DNA of 63,196 nt, the filler included, from Reclinomonas americana ATCC 50394 (taxonomy: Eukaryota): the NCBI GenBank assembly GCA_048213135.1. It is 5 parts of one record of this genome, joined end to end, with 100 filler letters (N's around TTAATTAATTAA, not from the genome) between each part and the next. Parts side by side here need not be neighbours in the genome. Positions count along the whole stretch, not along the records: positions 34,344 to 48,571 come from PS015101.1; positions 48,672 to 63,196 come from PS015101.1; 3 more parts are not named here. One strand, given 5' to 3'. This document shows positions 38,143 through 51,306 of the stretch, one piece after another. A program made the position numbers and the translations under genes. A model generated the notes under the pieces. That model was given only the letters and a program-made list of their open reading frames with translations. It did not search any database and was not told the origin of the DNA. Each line of letters opens with the position of its first letter. The first letter of the stretch is position 1.

Positions 38143-39357
38143 GCTCGTCAGTCCTACCTCGCCACCCACAACCCGCTGTGCACCCTGCTGTGCAGAGTCC
38201 TTTGCGGCCTTTGCCAAGCAGTACCCGTTCATGTGCGTGCGCCCCACGGCGACCACCGCGCCGCAAGCAAGAACGGAGCGGAGTCGCTGCTGTGAGTCTA
38301 TCAAGTGTCATCGGGCAGACTTGATAAGCCCTGACGCTTTTCTGGCGACAGTGAATCTCTTGCGTGCTCTCGGAAGCAAGAAGAAGAGCAAGGATGCTGA
38401 GTATCCAGCGCACGTGGCCGATCATTGCTTCCTCGGCAGGTGCGTGTGCACGTCACTCGGACATTTCGCACGTGCTCTTGCACAACTGACTTTTGGAGAG
38501 AGCAGCTTCTTGTATCACGCCAAGTGCCCAGTGGTGCTGCAGGATTTGGTGCGTCTTGCATCTGCGTCGCTCGCCTCTCTCGCATTCATTGTGCTCTTCT
38601 GTCATCCCGCATCATCCACTTACATCGCTCACTTCATGTCTCCTGTCCCCCAGTGCTCATGCATCTGTTGTTGCTCGTCTTCTTTCTTTTTGTTGTCACC
38701 CTGTTGTTCATCTGTTCTCGTCTCCCTCACTTCTCTTCTTGCTTCTCCCTCCTCTCCCTTCTCCTCTTACCTCTCCTTTCCACAGCGCATCACGCACATC
38801 CTGAACGTGACGGCGGAGACACCGAATGCATTCGAGGGCGAGGACTGGGTGCAATACGAGCGCATCGATGTGCACGACACGGTGACGGAGGACCTGTCGG
38901 CGCACTTTGAGCGCGCCTTTGCCTTTATTGGTGCGTGTGCCGTTTGTCACTCCTCCTGCGCTCCTCTGACATGTCTGCGCACACAGAATCTGCGCGAGAG
39001 GCAGGTGGGCGAGTGCTGGTGCACTGTGCAGTGGGGTTTGTGCATGCATGCCACCGCCATGCCTATTCTCGCGATTGCTTGTCGCTCACACTCTCGCTTT
39101 ACAGCAAGAGTCGATCGGCCTCCATTGTCCTGTCGTACTTGATGCGGTGGCGCTCGATACCGATGCGCGAGGCCCTGGAGGAGGTGTGGCGGGCGCGGCC
39201 GTGGGTGCAGCCGAACATGGGTTTTGTGGCGCAGCTCCGTCGCTTGCAGCGCGAGCTCGGCATCGTCGGCGACGGTGGCGAGCACGGCGATGGAGATGTA
39301 GAGAAAGATGCGCTTGTGGAGGAGGAGGAGGAGGCTGAGGAGGAGCAGGAGAAATGA
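36667..39357 (+). CDS. Rhodanese-like plus dual-specificity phosphatase (MKP/STYXL1-like architecture)
   Basis: N-terminal GLYNWLQ..IIDAR and FAAFAKQYPFMC. The DSP domain has YPAHVADHCFLG, ITHILNVT, VHD, VLVHCAVG|KSRSASIVLSYLM and ARPWVQPNMGFVAQL. Confidence 0.88.
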
Positions 39358-39370
39358 GCGCACTCTACAT

Positions 39371-40496
39371 TCAAGGAAAGGCCAACGCGTGGAACGCGAA
39401 TGGCAGTGGGGCGTCAGCCACCACGGAGGCAGGGCTAGCGGAGAGGTCGAGGGTGATGAGGTGGTGACCAGTGGCGGCGGTCGGCGAGCCCGCAACCGTG
39501 GTCACAAAGCCGGCGCTGCAGGCAAGACCGTTGGCGCTCGGCTCGGCACTCAGTTTGGACGCGTAGAGCGCCGTTTGCTTTCCCTGCGCAAACGTGAGTA
39601 AAAAAGGACGAAGATGCGCGAGTGAAAAGACACCAGACGCTCACGGTCTTCGGGTCGACAGCCACCACACCAGCTCCCGTGTCGGAACCGAGCGACACGA
39701 GACCATGCTGCTGGTCGACACACAGCGGGCCGTTAAAGTCGTGCGGCATGAGCACCTCCGACACCAGCTTGCCCGACTGCAGATCAATGGAGACCAAGTA
39801 GTGCTTGGACGTCGCCGCCTCGCCACCACCAGGCGCATTGACGCCGACATTCATGAGAATGTAATACACGCCGCGCACAGCATCCACCGCCGCCGCATCC
39901 ACAATGTAGCCGGCGTAGTGACCCAACGAGGCCACCTTTACATGCGATCCCGTCAGCGGATCCACTTGCACCAGCGAGTTCTTGCTCTGCTCCTCCACGA
40001 GCAGCACCGCATAGCAAGTCGGAGGCGCAGCAGCGGACGACGACGAAGGCACACATCGCACAGCTCCCAAGTAGTCCTTCAAATCAGTCCGTGCAGTCAC
40101 CTACGTACGTACGTGGAATAAGCACATGCTGTTGTGGCTGCATACATAGCATTATCTTCGCGTGCGTGCCTTTGCTGGCACACTGGTGGCATTGACAAAG
40201 AAGAAATGCGGACTGCCAAACGGCGGTCCAATGGCGTACAGCAGGTACTCGCGGCCGTTGTCGTACGCCACTGCCACCTCACCCTCGAGGGCACCGGAGA
40301 ACGGCGTCACCAGGGCAGTGTAGTTGCCCGTGTGCACATCGAGTCGACCAATGCCGGTCACCGGTTGCTTTTGATTGGCAATGTCCCATGTGGTGGCGTA
40401 GATGAATGAGGGTGGTGGTGAGGCGGTGACTGATGCAGTGCATATGAGGGCGAGGGTGAGAAGGAGCAGAAGCTCCACGCGCGATGATTGTTGCAT
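39371..40496 (-). CDS. Secreted beta-rich (propeller-like) protein
   Basis: Signal peptide LLLLLTLALICTASVTA; repeated RLDVHTG/QVDPLTG/SIDLQSG/AVDPKTG motifs; TGA at 39371-39373. Confidence 0.7.
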
Positions 40497-40951
40497 TGTG
40501 CGTGGTGGGACATAACATGTCCGTCGGAGAAATGACAGCGTGTGTCTTTGGTGTGTCTTTCGCGTGTCTTGCTTGTGTATGCGCTCCTTGCTCACTGCAG
40601 CTGCGTGTGTGAGTGTGAAAAGCTCGACGTCGCATGCATTTTTTCGAGTAGTAAGAAGTGTCTTGTGTGGTAACTGCTGATGCAGCGTCGACTCTGAGTG
40701 CGTGCTCTTGTAGGCCTTGATGCGTTTGAGCAACGACGACTCCGCAGAGAGAGCGCACGGCGATTGTGCAGAAAAGACGACGTCGACGTCGAGCTGTTTA
40801 AATTTGCATGTCTCGTTGCTGCATGACGGAAGGCATGAGAATGCATGTTCCTCTCCACCTATGTATACACAGATGCACAAGAAGAAGCAACAACGAGACT
40901 TGCAACGGGCAGGTTTTCCTGTTGTCCTACAAGATTTCTCTCTCGTGATTG

Positions 40952-42185
40952 ATGAGGTGAGCGCGCAAGCTGCCTCTCTCTTGTGTGTGTGCTGTTCTCT
41001 GCCTCTGCACACACTCTCGCATGCAGTCAAATTCTCCTTCTCGCGCTCTTCACTCTCTTGTGTGTGCGCTTTCTCCTCTCATTCTCATTGTATCCTCTTT
41101 CCTTCTTGCCCTCACAGACTCCTTCTCTCTGTCTCTCTCTTCTCTCTGTCTCTCTCTTCTCTCTGTCTCTTCGTCTGTCTCTGTCTGTGTGTCTCTCTCT
41201 TTCTCTGTCTCTCTCTCTCTCTCTGTTTCTTTGCTCCTTCTCTCTCACTTCCCGAACTCTGTTCCCTCCTCTTCCCCTCTCTCCCTCTCCCTGTCTCTGT
41301 TCCTTCACTCTCACTCTCTCACACTATCCCTGGTCCTTCTCTCTCTCTCTCTGTCTGTCTCTGTTCTTTCTGTCTCTGTTCCTTCTTCACTCTACCTCTG
41401 TCTCTCTCCACAACACTCTCTGTCTCTCCTGTGTCTCCTTGTGTGTTGCGCCCCGTGTTTCCCTCTGGTGCACCCTTCCCTCATGCTGTCCCTCACTCTG
41501 CTCTCTCCTCCTTCCCATCCCACTTTCCTACCCCTCTCACACCTCCCTTTCCTTCTTTTCCCTCCATCTGCAGTGACCCCTTCTCCATCGTCCGACACCG
41601 CGATGTTGCCGCCCTCAACGAATACGTCCGTGCCTATGGAGTCCACAACTTCTCCGAGCGCGACATTCGCGGCTTCACCGTCTTTCACATCGCCGCCGAG
41701 TCCAGCAATGTTCCGATGCTCGAGTACATTTTCGAAAAGTGCCCGCAAATGGCCAACGCAGTGGGCACCGGCACTGATATCACGCCTCTGATGGCGGCCT
41801 GTCGCAGTGGAGCTGTGCAGGCGGTCGAGTGGCTCCTTGCGGACGAGCGACGTTGTTCGCGGGAGATGGCACTGGCGAGGTCGCATGTTTCGTGGAATCA
41901 ATGGACTGCGTTGCATGCGGCAGCGGTGCGTGGGAAGGTGGAGGTCGCGGAGATGGTCGCGAGAAAGTACCCGGAGCTCCTAACGTGCGAGGATGGGATG
42001 TCGCGCAAGCCGGCAGAGTGTGCGCATGCGAATAAGCATGTGCATCTCGGCGCGCTACTGGCCAAAATGGAGCATGATCGGGCCGAGTTTATTGCGAATC
42101 GTGCGTCCCACACCCTCTCGCTCGTGTGCCTTGTAGCAACGCATGGCACGAGCGCTTACTCTTTCTCTCTCTCCGTGTGTGTGCG

Positions 42186-42225
<40 letters not shown>

Positions 42226-45200
42226 AGCCGCAGCGGCGAAGAAACCAGCGGCCCGTGCTGGCGCCGTCAGTTTTGCTGTCCTCGCCGCCCCTGCTGTCGC
42301 TGCCGTTGCCGAACCTCTTGCTGCCCCTGCTGATGCCGCCGCCCCCGCTGTTTCCGCCCCTGCTGTCGCCGCCCCTGCTGGTGCTGCCGGTGCTCCGCTG
42401 CCTGCGCCTTGTGAGTCACTCATCTTGAATATCGTGAATGATTCATCCTCTCACTTTTCGGGGCGAGTAGCAGAGGCTTTCGCTCAGGTGCAGCAACGGC
42501 CGGCCCAGCCAAAATCTGAGTTGCGTACCGTACCGAAACCGCACCGGTCGCTGACTCGCCCTCTCAAGTGCATATACGTAGGTGTGCTTGGGAATGGGCG
42601 CGCGATGGTAGGGTAGAACCTTTGCGCCAACTGGTAATGTCCAAAGGCGCACAGGCACTGCTCAGTGACGAGCACACTGCCAATGGCACGTGTCCTGTAT
42701 TCTATCACGCCGCCGCGAATGGTCATCTGCAAGTCCTGCGCTATTTGCACGTGTCAACTGGCATCGGACACACGTTGGTGCGCCAGGTGACCGAGTTGAA
42801 CTGGACGCCACTGATGGGTGCCGTCCACAATGGCCACAGGCATATTGTCGATTGGCTGCTGGAGGATGAGGAGCGATGTCCGTTGCAGGTGGCCTGTGCG
42901 CAAACCAATGACAAGGATTTTCGGCCGGGCTCATCTGCATTGCACCTTGCGGTGTTCCAGCGCGATGACGAGACTGCGCTGCAGTTGGGTGCAGCGAGGC
43001 CAGCACTTTTCCCTCTGCGAGACTGCAAAGGAAGGACTGCAGCCATGTGCGCACGGTTGTCTGTTGAATCTTCATTTGCGGATGCGTTGGAAACTCTAGA
43101 GGAGTCAATGCAACATTCAATTGCAGGTATGGAGATGGAGAAGGGAGGGTGGGAGGTTGGGAGAAGAGGGAGAGAGGGGAAGTGAGGGGGAAGACGAAGG
43201 TGGAAAGAGAGAGAACACAGGGAGAGTGAAATAGGCAGGGACGATGGAGAGAGGGCAGAGGGCAGTCTCGCTCGTTGTGTGTGGGTGTCACTCTCTGACA
43301 CTTGCTTCTGGGAGGTGAAGGACGTTTCTTTTCTCTTTGTCTGTCTCCCGATAGCACTCACGCACTTCTCTCCCTTTCTTTTTTCTCTCTCCTTCCTTCT
43401 GTCACTCACCCTTGAAGGAGAAGCGGATGGAGGCGTACTGAGTGAGAGGAAACTGGCAGTGATGCACTGCTAAAGACAGTTGAGATCGTGTTCCTGTTGT
43501 TGGTTAGGTGCAGGGAGACAGATTGAGAGAGAGAGAGAGAGAGAGTGAAATGTGCACGGAGATAACTGAAGTTTCTCGCATTCTCGTTCTCGTTCTATCT
43601 GTCTCCCGCCGTCTACCTCACATACTTGGAAAGGATACCGAGAAGGAGACGCGCACCGTTAGAGAAACTGACAGTGAGACACAAGTTGAGGTGAAACGTT
43701 NNNNNNNNNNNNNNNNNNNNCCGAACCAGTCTGCTTATGCAGAAACTGGAGGATTGCGCAGTGACCGCCCTCGGCGGCCATGTAAAACGCCGACCGACCA
43801 AACTCGTCCATCTCATCACTGCGTAACAACGTGGCCGAACCTTCGGTTGAAATCGCATAGCGCAGCGCACCAGCATTACCCTGCGCAGCCAGGCGCCACA
43901 AAGGTTCGCGGTGGCGACTGTGATGATGAGCATCAGTGTCAGCAACTGCGAAAGACAGTTATTCTAATAGCAACAGCATGCGAGTACGCACGGAGGTTGA
44001 GGAGCCTTCGGAGCAGCTGCAATGCCACACAAGACTTGTGAGTGCAACCATCGATGTTTGGCGGGTTGTGCTCATCACTGCAACAGCAATCTCCCCCTGA
44101 TCTTCTCACTTGCACACTTCCAACNNNNNNNNNNNNNNNNNNNNNNNNNNNNNNNNNNNNNNNNNNNNNNNNNNNNNNNNNNNNNNNNNNNNNNNNNNNN
44201 NNNNNNNNNNNNNNNNNNNNNNNNNNNNNNNNNNNNNNNNNNNNNNNNNNNNNNNNNNNNNNNNNNNNNNNNNNNNNNNNNNNNNNNNNNNNNNNNNNNN
44301 NNNNNNNNNNNNNNNNNNNNNNNNNNNNNNNNNNNNNNNNNNNNNNNNNNNNNNNNNNNNNNNNNNNNNNNNNNNNNNNNNNNNNNNNNNNNNNNNNNNN
44401 NNNNNNNNNNNNNNNNNNNNNNNNNNNNNNNNNNNNNNNNNNNNNNNNNNNNNNNNNNNNNNNNNNNNNNNNNNNNNNNNNNNNNNNNNNNNNNNNNNNN
44501 NNNNNNNNNNNNNNNNNNNNNNNNNNNNNNNNNNNNNNNNNNNNNNNNNNNNNNNNNNNNNNNNNNNNNNNNNNNNNNNNNNNNNNNNNNNNNNNNNNNN
44601 NNNNNNNNNNNNNNNNNNNNNNNNNNNNNNNNNNNNNNNNNNNNNNNNNNNNNNNNNNNNNNNNNNNNNNNNNNNNNNNNNNNNNNNNNNNNNNNNNNNN
44701 NNNNNNNNNNNNNNNNNNNNNNNNNNNNNNNNNNNNNNNNNNNNNNNNNNNNNNNNNNNNNNNNNNNNNNNNNNNNNNNNNNNNNNNNNNNNNNNNNNNN
44801 NNNNNNNNNNNNNNNNNNNNNNNNNNNNNNNNNNNNNNNNNNNNNNNNNNNNNNNNNNNNNNNNNNNNNNNNNNNNNNNNNNNNNNNNNNNNNNNNNNNN
44901 NNNNNNNNNNNNNNNNNNNNNNNNNNNNNNNNNNNNNNNNNNNNNNNNNNNNNNNNNNNNNNNNNNNNNNNNNNNNNNNNNNNNNNNNNNNNNNNNNNNN
45001 NNNNNNNNNNNNNNNNNNNNNNNNNNNNNNNNNNNNNNNNNNNNNNNNNNNNNTTGTTGATCAGTTAATCCTGCTCACGGATGACTTTGGGTGGACGCCT
45101 CTCATGGCGGCCACGCGCGTTAATGCGGAAAACGTGGTCGACTGGCTGCTCTCGAGCGTGAAGCGGTGCCCGCAAGTCGTGGCTCGCGCCCATTGCTGGG

Positions 45201-45712
45201 GCTCGGGGTATCCTGAGCTGAGTGCCTTGGCGAAGGAACAGTTGACGGCGCTTGACATTGCCGCCGCGTGTGGAGCAGTGGCCAGTGCACGACTGCTGGT
45301 ACTCTCGTATCCGGAACTGGCGACCAGGAAGACGCTGCAGTTGAGGACGGCCGCCGACATTGCGATGATCACGGGTCACGAAAACGTGCGCCGGATGATT
45401 CGTGAGTTTGCGGCGCTCAAGTCCATGTCGCAACCGTCGGCGGCGGCCGGACCCACCGAGAAGCAAGAGGTGGTAGAGGAGGAGGAGGAGGAGGAGGAGG
45501 AGCTGGAGGAGGAAGAGGAAGCGGAAGACAGTGATGCAAGTCGACAGCGTTTGGTGGCGCGCCTGCAACGAGCGGTGGCCAAGCGACGTGCTGTCGCCGC
45601 GGAGCAGCAGCGGGTGATTGTGGAGTTGTGCAGGAGGGTGTTGCAGCTGGAGGCCAAGACGAGGGAGTTGTTGGAGCAGGAGGAGAAGGGGGAGGACAAG
45701 GATGAGGAATGA
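40952..45712 (+). CDS. Modular ankyrin-repeat protein with acidic/coiled-coil tail, copy A
   Basis: 5-nt first coding exon ATGAG|, ankyrin exons at 41574-42110, 42581-43126 and 43721-43915 (inverted contig) plus 45054-45712, and an Ala/Pro linker. TPLMAA and TALHAAA motifs are present. Confidence 0.85.
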
Positions 45713-45890
45713 AGGGTGGAGCGAGATGGTCTGCATAGCGACTCACAGAGTCCGCAAACCAGGAAAGGATATTGATCAGTGTTGGATCTTCAGTTGCCTG
45801 TGAGTTAGGGGATGGCAGGGGGCTCACAAGTGCTTCGCAAAGGGACTCGCAGTTGCTTGTTGTCCTGTCACAATCTTTGTCAATCACGCG

Positions 45891-46229
45891 ATGAGGTGAG
45901 CGCACAATCTGCCTCTCTCTCTCTCTTACACACACAGTGTATATGTGTGTGCTCTCTTCCCATCTCTGCACACGCGCTCTTGCATTCAGTCAATTCTCCG
46001 TCTCACTCTCTTCTCATGTTGCACTCTCTTCTTTCTCCTCTCTGCCTCTCTTCACTCTCAGTGTGTTTATGTGTGTGCACTCTCCTCTGTCATTCTCATT
46101 GTATCCTCTCTTTCACTCTCTTTCTTTCTTTCTCTCTACTCCCTGTCTCCGTCTCTGTCTTTCTGTGTCTCTGTCTGTCTGTCTATCTCTGTTTCTTTCC
46201 TCTCACTCTCTCGCAATGGCCCTGCTCCT

Positions 46230-46260
<31 letters not shown>

Positions 46261-49200
46261 TTCTGTCTTTGTCTCAATCTTTCTTTCTCTCTCTCTCTCT
46301 GTTTCTTTGCTCCTTCTCCCCTCTCCCTGTCTCTGTTCCTTTCCTCTCATCTCTCTCACACTGTCCCTGCTCCTTCTCTCTCTCTCTCTCTCTCTGTCTC
46401 TGTTCCTTCTTCACTCTACCTCTGTCTCTCTCACCACTCTCTCCTGTGTCTCCCTCTGTGTTGCGCTCGGTGTTTCCCTTTGCACGCCCTTCTCTCATCC
46501 ACTCCCTCACTCTGCTCCCTCCCCATTGCCCCTTCTGTCTCTCTTTCCCCCTTTCCTTCCCCACCCTCACACACTTCCCTTTCCCTCCATCTCCAGCGAC
46601 CCCTTCTCCATTGTCAAGGTCCGCGATGTTGCCGCCCTCGACGAATATGTCCGCGCCAATGGAGTCGACAACCTCTTCAAACGCGACGTTCATNNNNNNN
46701 NNNNNNNNNNNNNNNNNNNNNNNNNNNNNNNNNNNNNNNNNNNNNNNNNNNNNNNNNNNNNNNNNNNNNNNNNNNNNNNNNNNNNNNNNNNNNNNNNNNN
46801 NNNNNNNNNNNNNNNNNNNNNNNNNNNNNNNNNNNNNNNNNNNNNNNNNNNNNNNNNNNNNNNNNNNNNNNNNNNNNNNNNNNNNNNNNNNNNNNNNNNN
46901 NNNNNNNNNNNNNNNNNNNNNNNNNNNNNNNNNNNNNNNNNNNNNNNNNNNNNNNNNNNNNNNNNNNNNNNNNNNNNNNNNNNNNNNNNNNNNNNNNNNN
47001 NNNNNNNNNNNNNNNNNNNNNNNNNNNNNNNNNNNNNNNNNNNNNNNNNNNNNNNNNNNNNNNNNNNNNNNNNNNNNNNNNNNNNNNNNNNNNNNNNNNN
47101 NNNNNNNNNNNNNNNNNNNNNNNNNNNNNNNNNNNNNNNNNNNNNNNNNNNNNNNNNNNNNNNNNNNNNNNNNNNNNNNNNNNNNNNNNNNNNNNNNNNN
47201 NNNNNNNNNNNNNNNNNNNNNNNNNNNNNNNNNNNNNNNNNNNNNNNNNNNNNNNNNNNNNNNNNNNNNNNNNNNNNNNNNNNNNNNNNNNNNNNNNNNN
47301 NNNNNNNNNNNNNNNNNNNNNNNNNNNNNNNNNNNNNNNNNNNNNNNNNNNNNNNNNNNNNNNNNNNNNNNNNNNNNNNNNNNNNNNNNNNNNNNNNNNN
47401 NNNNNNNNNNNNNNNNNNNNNNNNNNNNNNNNNNNNNNNNNNNNNNNNNNNNNNNNNNNNNNNNNNNNNNNNNNNNNNNNNNNNNNNNNNNNNNNNGGCT
47501 TCACCATCTTCCACGTCGCCGCCGACTCCAACAATGTTCCGATGCTCGAGTACATTTTCGAAAAGTGCCCGCAAATGGCCAACGCAGTGAGCGACGGTGG
47601 CGGCGTCACGCCTCTAATGCTGGCCTGTCGCAGCGGAGCAGTGCAGGCGGTCGAGTGGCTCCTGGCGGATGAGCGACGTTGTTCGCGGGAGATGGCACTG
47701 GCGACGTCGCTGGCAGAGTGGAATCTCCCGGCGAAATCAACTGCGTTGCATGCGGCAGCGGTGCGTGGGAAGGTGGAGATCGCGGAGATGGTTGCGAGAA
47801 AGTACCCGGAGCTGCTAAAGTGCGAGGATGAGATGTCGCGCAAGCCGGCAGAGTGTGCGCATGCGAATAAGCATGTGCATCTCGGCGCGCTACTGGCCAA
47901 AATGGAGTATGATCGGGCCGAGATTATTGCGAATCGTGCGTCCCACACCCTCTCGCCCGTATGTCTCGTAGTAGCGCATGGCATGAGTGCTTACTCTTAC
48001 TCTCGTACACAGCTGCTCCCCCTGTTCCCGCTGGAGTCCGGCCGCAGGAGCCACGGAAAAAAGGCGTTCGAGATGGCCCGCGATGGCGACCTGCTTGGAT
48101 TGCAGCGGCTGGTGAAGGCCGAGGGTCCAGAGGTACTGTTGATGAAAAAGGAGATGAGCGAGCACGGATGGTCGGCGTATGTTACAGCGGCATCTCGTGT
48201 GCGAGGAGAGGTGCTCTCGTGGCTGCTTGAAGGCAGTGGAGTAGGCCCGCAGCTGGCCCGCGGAGTTGTGCTGGATGGCGACGGCCCGTGCTTCGCATCG
48301 GCGTTTACTGTCGCTGCTGCATGCGGACACGCGGCAGTGGTGGACTGGTTGGGCAGGGACCCCAAGCGATGCCCGCCGGAGATGATGCGCGTGACAGACC
48401 GGAATGGTTCGACTGCCCTGCATCTGGCGGTCCGCGGCCATCATGCTGACGCCGTGCGCGCGGTGATGAGGCTGTGTCCTGATTTGGCGGACCAGGTGGA
48501 TAACAGAGGGAAGACGGCCGCGGAGGTGAGCGGGGCGCACCGAAAATCGATTATCAGTGACATCATTGCCANNNNNNNNNNNNNNNNNNNNNNNNNNNNN
48601 NNNNNNNNNNNNNNNTTAATTAATTAANNNNNNNNNNNNNNNNNNNNNNNNNNNNNNNNNNNNNNNNNNNNCGATGGCTGCAGCGGAGAAGAAACCGGGG
48701 GCTGATGTCGCCGCCGTCCCTGCTGTTGCCGCCGCCCCTGCTGTTGCCGCTGCCCCTGCTGTTGCCGCCGCCCCCGCTGGTGCCGCCGTCCCTGCTGCTG
48801 TCGCACCTGTTGCCGCCGCTCCTGTTGCTGCCCGTGCTCCATTGCCTGCGCGTGGTGAGTTTCTCTTCTTGAGTGTCGTGAATGATTAATCCTCGCTCAT
48901 TTTCGGGGTGAGTAACAGTGGCTCCTGCCGAGGTTCAACGGCGACTGGCCCCGCTAAAGTCAGAGTTGCGTATCATGCAGTTTGCACATTGCTCGCTGAC
49001 TCGCCCTCTCATAATCTATCATATGCACAGATGTGGCTGGCAGTGGGCGCGCGATGGGAGTGTGGAGGCTCTGCGCCAACTGGTGGCCTCCGATGGCGCA
49101 CAAGTGCTGCTCAGTGACAAGCACACTGCCAATGGCACTTGTCCTGTATTCTATCACGCCGCCGCGAATGGTCAGCTGCAAGTCCTGCAGTATTTGGAGT

Positions 49201-50082
49201 CGACAGGCATCGTGAGCGAGTTGGCACGCCAGGTAACAGAGATGAACTGGACTCCACTTATGGCTGCCGTCCAGCACGGCCATGGGCATATTGTCCAGTG
49301 GCTACTGGATGATGAGCAACGGTGCCCGGCGCAGGTGGTCTGTGCGCAAACCAATGAGAAGGATTTTCGGCGGGGTTCGTCTGCACTGCACCTTGCGGTG
49401 TACGAACACAATGCCGCGACCGCGCTGCGGTTGGCCGCAGCACGACCAGCACTTCTTCGTCTGCGAGACGAAAACGGAACGACTGCAGCCGTGTTGGCGC
49501 GCCAGACTATCAATTCGCAGTTTGGGGATGCGTTGGATGCTGTTGGGAAGCGGATGCAATATTCAAGTGCAGGTAGGAGAGGGGAAGGCGGAAAGAGAGA
49601 GAACATAGGGAGGGGCGATGGAGAATAGGGCAGAGGGGAGTCTCGCTCATTGTGNNNNNNNNNNNNNNNNNNNNNNNNNNNNNNNNNNNNNNNNNNNNNN
49701 NNNNNNNNNNNNNNNNNNNNNNNNNNNNNNNNNNNNNNNNNNNNNNNNNNNNNNNNNNNNNNNNNNNNNNNNNNNNNNNNNNNNNNNNNNNNNNNNNNNN
49801 NNNNNNNNNNNNNNNNNNNNNNNNNNNNNNNNNNNNNNNNNNNNNNNNNNNNNNNNNNNNNNNNNNNNNNNNNNNNNNNNNNNNNNNNNNNNNNNNNNNN
49901 NNNNNNNNNNNNNNNNNNNNNNNNNNNNNNNNNNNNNNNNNNNNNNNNNNNNNNNNNNNNNNNNNNNNNNNNNNNNNNNNNNNNNNNNNNNNNNNNNNNN
50001 NNNNNNNNNNNNNNNNNNNNNNNNNNNNNNNNNNNNNNNNNNNNNNNNNNNNNNNNNNNNNNNNNNNNNNNNNTTCTCCCTC

Positions 50083-50120
<38 letters not shown>

Positions 50121-51306
50121 TTGTCAATTCTTCGCACACCGTGAGAGTGACAGTGAGACACTAGTTGAGGTGAGACGCTGTTGGAAGTATTTGGAAAGAA
50201 GAGAGGTGGAGATCAGGAGGAGGTTGCTGTTGCCGACAAACGTTGGTGGTTGCACTCATCGATCATGTGTGGCATTGCAGCTGCTCCGAAGGGTCCTCAA
50301 CCTCCGTGCGTACTCGCATGCATGCTTTGAATGACTGTCTACTGCGATTGCTAACACTAGTGCTCATCATCACAGGCGCGACCGCGAGCCGTTGTGGCGC
50401 CTGGCTGCACAGGGCAATACTAGTGCGCTGCGCCGTGCTGTTGCATCCGAGGGTGCGGTCGCGTTGTTGCGCAGTGACGAGATGGGCGAATTCGGTCGGT
50501 CGCCGTTTTACATGGCCGCCGAGGGCGGTCACAGCGCAGCCCTCCACTTCATGTACAACGAGACCGGCTTTGTTGGTGACAAGTTGGCCCTGCTCGCGGA
50601 CGACTTTGGGTGGACACCACTCATGGCGGCCACGCGCGCCAATGCGGAAAACGTGGTCGACTGGCTGCTGTCGAGCGCAAAGCGGTGCCCGCCAGACGTG
50701 GCCGTCGCCCGCTGCTGGGGCTCGGGGTATCCGGAGCTGAGCGGCTTGGCAAAGGAGCATCTGACGGCACTTGACATTGCGGCCGCGTGTGGAGCGGAGG
50801 CCAGTGCGCGACTGCTGGTGCTCTCGTACCCGGAACTGGCAACGACGAGGACGCTGCAGTTGAGGACGGCTGGCGACATTGCGGTGATCACGGGTCACGA
50901 AAACGTGCGCAGAATGATTTGCGAGTTTGCGGCGCTCAAGTCCATGTCGCAGCCGTCGGCGGCGGCCGGACCGAGTGCTGCGCCCAGCGAGAAGCAAGAG
51001 GTGGTCGAGGAGGAGGTGGAGGAGGAAGAGGAGGAGGAAGAGGAGGAAGCGGGAGACAGTGATGCGAGTCGACAGCGTTTGGTGGCACGCCTGCAACGGG
51101 CGGTGGCGAAACGACGTGCTGTCGCTGCCGAGCAGCAGCGGGTGATTGTGGAGTTGTGCAGGAGGGTGTTGCAGCTGGAGGCCAAGACGAGGGAGTTGTT
51201 GTTGGAGGAGGAAAAGGAGAAGGAGAAGGGAGAGGAGAAAGAGAAGGGGGAGGGGAAGGGGGAGGAGAAAGAGAAGGAGAAGGGAGAGGACAAGGATGAG
51301 GAGTGA
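45891..51306 (+). CDS. Modular ankyrin-repeat protein, copy B (tandem paralogue with one extra module)
   Basis: Same architecture as copy A; ankyrin exons at 46597-47935, 48013-48571, 49031-49572 and 50376-51306. Confidence 0.88.
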
